A stretch of 64,000 nucleotides of DNA, from the NCBI GenBank assembly GCA_964016885.1, contig OZ024743.1, positions 278,752,001-278,816,000 of the forward strand, in the 5' to 3' direction. The position numbers and the translations under genes are program-made. This DNA is from Eledone cirrhosa (lineage: Eukaryota). A model generated the notes under the pieces. The model was not told the origin of the DNA. It saw only the letters and a program-made list of their open reading frames with translations, and made no database searches. Below, piece by piece: positions 59,701 to 64,000 of this stretch (within the stretch, counting starts at the first letter, position 1; every line of letters begins with the position of its first letter).

Positions 59701-62700
59701 CTACCAACAATACGCCTTCCAACGCAACTAACAGCACCGCCACTACTCACTACTACCAACAGTATCCCTTCCAATCCACCTAACAACACGGCCACTACTC
59801 ACTACTACCAACAGTACCCCTTCCAACGCAGCTAACAACACCGCCACTACTCACTATTACCAACAATACCCCTTCCAACGCAGCTAACAACACCGCCACT
59901 ACTCACTACTACCAACAATAGCCCTTCCAACGCAGCTAACAACACCGCCACTACTCACTACTACCAACGGTACCCCTTCCAACGCAGCTAACAACACCGC
60001 CACTACTCACTACTACCAACAATACCCCTTCCAACGCAGCTAACAACACCGCCACTACTCACTACTACCAACAATACCCCTTCCACCGCAGCTAACAACA
60101 CCGCCACTACTCACTACTACCAACAATACCCCTTCCAACGCAGCTAACAACACCGCCACTACTCACTACTACCAACAATACCCCTTCCAACGCAGCTAAC
60201 AACACCGCCACTACTCACTACTACCAACAATACCCCTTCCAACGCAGCTAACAACACCGCCACTACTCACTACTACCAACAATAGCCCTTCCAACGCAGC
60301 TAACAACACCGCCACTACTCACTACTACCAACAATACCCCTTCCAACGCAGCTAACAACACCGCCACTACTCACTACTACCAACAATACCCCTTCCAACG
60401 CAGCTAACAACACCGCCACTACTCACTACTACCAACAATACCCCTTCCAACGCAGCTAACAACACCGCCACTACTCACTACTACCAACAATACCCCTTCC
60501 AACGCAGCTAACAACACCGCCACTACTCACTACTACCAACAATACCCCTTCCAACGCAGCTAACAACACCGCCACTACTCACTACTACCAACAATACCCC
60601 TTCCAACGCAGCTAACAACACCGCCACTACTCACTACTACCAACAATACCCCTTCCAACGCAGCTAACAACACCGCCACTACTCACTACTACCAACAATA
60701 CCCCTTCCAACGCAGCTAACAACACCGCCACTACTCACTACTACCAACAATAGCCCTTCCAACGCAGCTAACAACACCGCCACTACTCACTACTACCAAC
60801 AATACCCCTTCCAACGCAGCTAACAACACCGCCACTACTCACTACTACCAACAATACCCCTTCCAACGCAGCTAACAACACCGCCACTACTCACTACTAC
60901 CAACAATACCCCTTCCAACGCAGCTAACAACACCGCCACTACTCACTACTACCAACAATAGCCCTTCCAACGCAGCTAACAACACCGCCACTACTCACTA
61001 CTACCAACAATAGCCCTTCCAACGCAGCTAACAACACCGCCACTACTCACTACTACCAACAATAGCCCTTCCAACGCAGCTAACAACACCGCCACTACTC
61101 ACTACTACCAACAATAGCCCTTCCAACGCAGCTAACAACACCGCCACTACTCACTACTACCAACAATACCCCTTCCAACGCAGCTAACAACACCGCCACT
61201 ACTCACTACTACCAACAATACCCCTTCCAACGCAGCTAACAACACCGCCACTACTCACTACTACCAACAATACCCCTTCCAACGCAGCTAACAACACCGC
61301 CACTACTCACTACTACCAACAGTACCCCTTCCAACGCAGCTAACAACACCGCCACTACTCACTACTACCAACAATAGCCCTTCCAACGCAGCTAACAACA
61401 CCGCCACTACTCACTAGTACCAACAATACCCCTTCCAACGCAGCTAACAACACCGCCACTACTCACTACTACCAACAATACCCCTTCCAATGCAGCTAAC
61501 AACACCGCCACTACTCACTACTACCAACAATAGGCCTTCCAACGCAGCTAACAACACCGCCACTACTCACTACTACCAACAATACCCCTTCCAATGCAGC
61601 TAACAACACCGCCACTACTCACTACTACCAACAATACCCCTTCCAACGCAGCTAACAACACCGCCACTACTCACTACTACCAACAATACCCCTTCCAACG
61701 CAGCTAACAACACCGCCACTACTCACTACTACCAACAATACCCCTTCCAACGCAGCTAACAACACCGCCACTACTCACTACTACCAACAATACCCCTTCC
61801 AACGCAGCTAACAACACCGCCACTACTCACTACTACCAACAATACCCCTTCTAACGCATCTAACAACACCGCCACTACTCACTACTACCAACAATATGCC
61901 TTCCAACGCAGCTAACAACACCGCCACTACTCACCACTACCAACAATACCCCTTCCAACGCAGCTAACAACACCGCCACTACTCACTACTACCAACAATA
62001 TGCCTTCCAACGCAGCTAACAACACCGCCACTACTCACTACTACCAACAATATGCCTTCCAACGCAGCTAACAACACCGCCACTACTCACTACTACCAAC
62101 AACACGCCTTCCAACGCAGCTAACAACACCGCCACTACTCACTACTACCAACAATATGCCTTCCAACGCAGCTAACAACACCGCCACTACTCACTACTAC
62201 CAACAGTACCCCTTCCAACGCAGCTAACAACACCGCCACTACTCACTACTACCAACAACACGCCTTCCAACGCAGCTAACAACACCGCCACTACTCACTA
62301 CTACCAACAATATGCCTTCCAACGCAGCTAACAACACCGCCACTACTCACTACTACCAACAATACCCCTTCCAACGCAGCTAACAACACCGCCACTACTC
62401 ACTACTACCAACAATACCCCTTCCAACGCAGCTAACAACACCGCCACTACTCACTACTAACAACAATACCCCTTCCAACGCAGCTAACAACACCGCCACT
62501 ACTCACTACTACCAACAATACATCTTCCAACGCAGCTAACAACACCGCCACTACTCACTACTACCAACAATAGCCCTTCCAACGCAGCAAACAACACCGC
62601 CACTACTCACTACTACCAACAGTACCCCTTCCAACGCAGCTAACAACACCGCCACTACTCACTACTACCAACAGTACCCCTTCCAACGCAGCTAACAACA

Positions 62701-64000
62701 CCGCCACTACTCACTATTAACAACAATAACCCTTCCAACGCAGCTAACAACACCGCCACTACTCACTACTACCAACAATATGCCTTCCAACGCAGCTAAC
62801 AACACCGCCACTACTCACTACTACCAACAACACGCCTTCCAACGCAGCTAACAACACCGCCACTACTCACTACTACCAACAATATGCCTTCCAACGCAGC
62901 TAACAACACCGCCACTACTCACTACTACCAACAGTACCCCTTCCAACGCAGCTAACAACACCGCCACTACTCACTACTACCAACAACACGCCTTCCAACG
63001 CAGCTAACAACACCGCCACTACTCACTACTACCAACAATATGCCTTCCAACGCAGCTAACAACACCGCCACTACTCACTACTACCAACAATACCCCTTCC
63101 AACGCAGCTAACAACACCGCCACTACTCACTACTACCAACAATACCCCTTCCAACGCAGCTAACAACACCGCCACTACTCACTACTAACAACAATACCCC
63201 TTCCAACGCAGCTAACAACACCGCCACTACTCACTACTACCAACAATACATCTTCCAACGCAGCTAACAACACCGCCACTACTCACTACTACCAACAATA
63301 GCCCTTCCAACGCAGCAAACAACACCGCCACTACTCACTACTACCAACAGTACCCCTTCCAACGCAGCTAACAACACCGCCACTACTCACTACTACCAAC
63401 AGTACCCCTTCCAACGCAGCTAACAACACCGCCACTACTCACTACTACCAACAGTACCCCTTCCTACGCAGCTAACAACACCGCCACTACTCACTATTAA
63501 CAACAATAACCCTTCCAACGCAGCTAACAACACCGCCACTACTCACTACTACCAACAATAGCCCTTCCAACGCAGCAAACAACACCGCCACTACTCACTA
63601 CTACCAACAGTACCCCTTCCAACGCAGCTAACAACACCGCCACTACTCACTACTACCAACAATAGCCCTTCCAACGCAGCTATCAACCACGCCACTACTC
63701 ACTACTACCAACAGTACCCCTTCCAACGCAGCTAACAACCCCGCCACTACTCACTACTACCAACAGTACCCCTTCCAACGCAGCTAACAACACCGCCACT
63801 ACTCACTACTACCAACAATATTCCTTCCAACGCAGCTAACAACACCGCCACTACTCACTACTACCAACAATACCCCTTCCACCGCAGCTAACAACACCGC
63901 CACTACTCACTACTACCAACAGTACCCCTTCCAACGCAGCTATCAACCACGCCACTACTCACTACTACCAACAGTACCCCTTCCAACGCAGCTAACAACC
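32749..64000. repeat. 52-bp satellite, about 600 copies, continuing beyond the window
   Basis: Consensus aacaataccccttccaacgcagctaacaacaccgccactactcactactacc, head-to-tail, no insertions noticed. 31252/52 is about 601. Confidence 0.98.

Noticed and set aside
32749-64000. Satellite as a mucin-like / Thr-Asn-rich coding exon
   Set aside because: 52 is not a multiple of 3. The TAA in gctaac stops each plus frame about every 52 codons, and the minus frames contain frequent TAG/TGA. The short ORFs listed arise from indel variants.
32749-64000. CRISPR array
   Set aside because: No unique spacers (only a few-nt variable window with recurring alleles), no cas genes, eukaryotic context.
32749-64000. 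Telomeric repeat array
   Set aside because: No (TTAGGG)n/(CCCTAA)n tract; only an isolated ctaac per monomer.

Overview
Eukaryotic, repeat-dominated animal DNA. The microsatellite density and the SINE/RTE/Penelope repertoire suggest an octopod cephalopod (inference only). No intact host protein-coding gene is supportable, and nearly all ORF-track entries are microsatellite artefacts. The left half (1-32.7 kb) is a mosaic of (TA)n/(TG)n/(TATG)n microsatellites carrying: tRNA-derived SINEs; RTE fragments; three copies of a ~610-bp bipartite RTE-derived element; a 5'-truncated Penelope-like element (RT + GIY-YIG pseudogene, minus strand); a non-autonomous Helitron; and many short inserts in (TA)n tracts that are fold-back palindromes and/or carry minimal hammerhead ribozyme motifs. 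Four of these hammerheads, from sequence-divergent inserts, share an unusual extended stem II with a C.C mismatch at pair 3. The right half (32749-64000, running off the window) is a 52-bp A/C-rich satellite of about 600 copies with a hypervariable sub-window and nested higher-order duplications. All structures were read by eye; nothing was computed.
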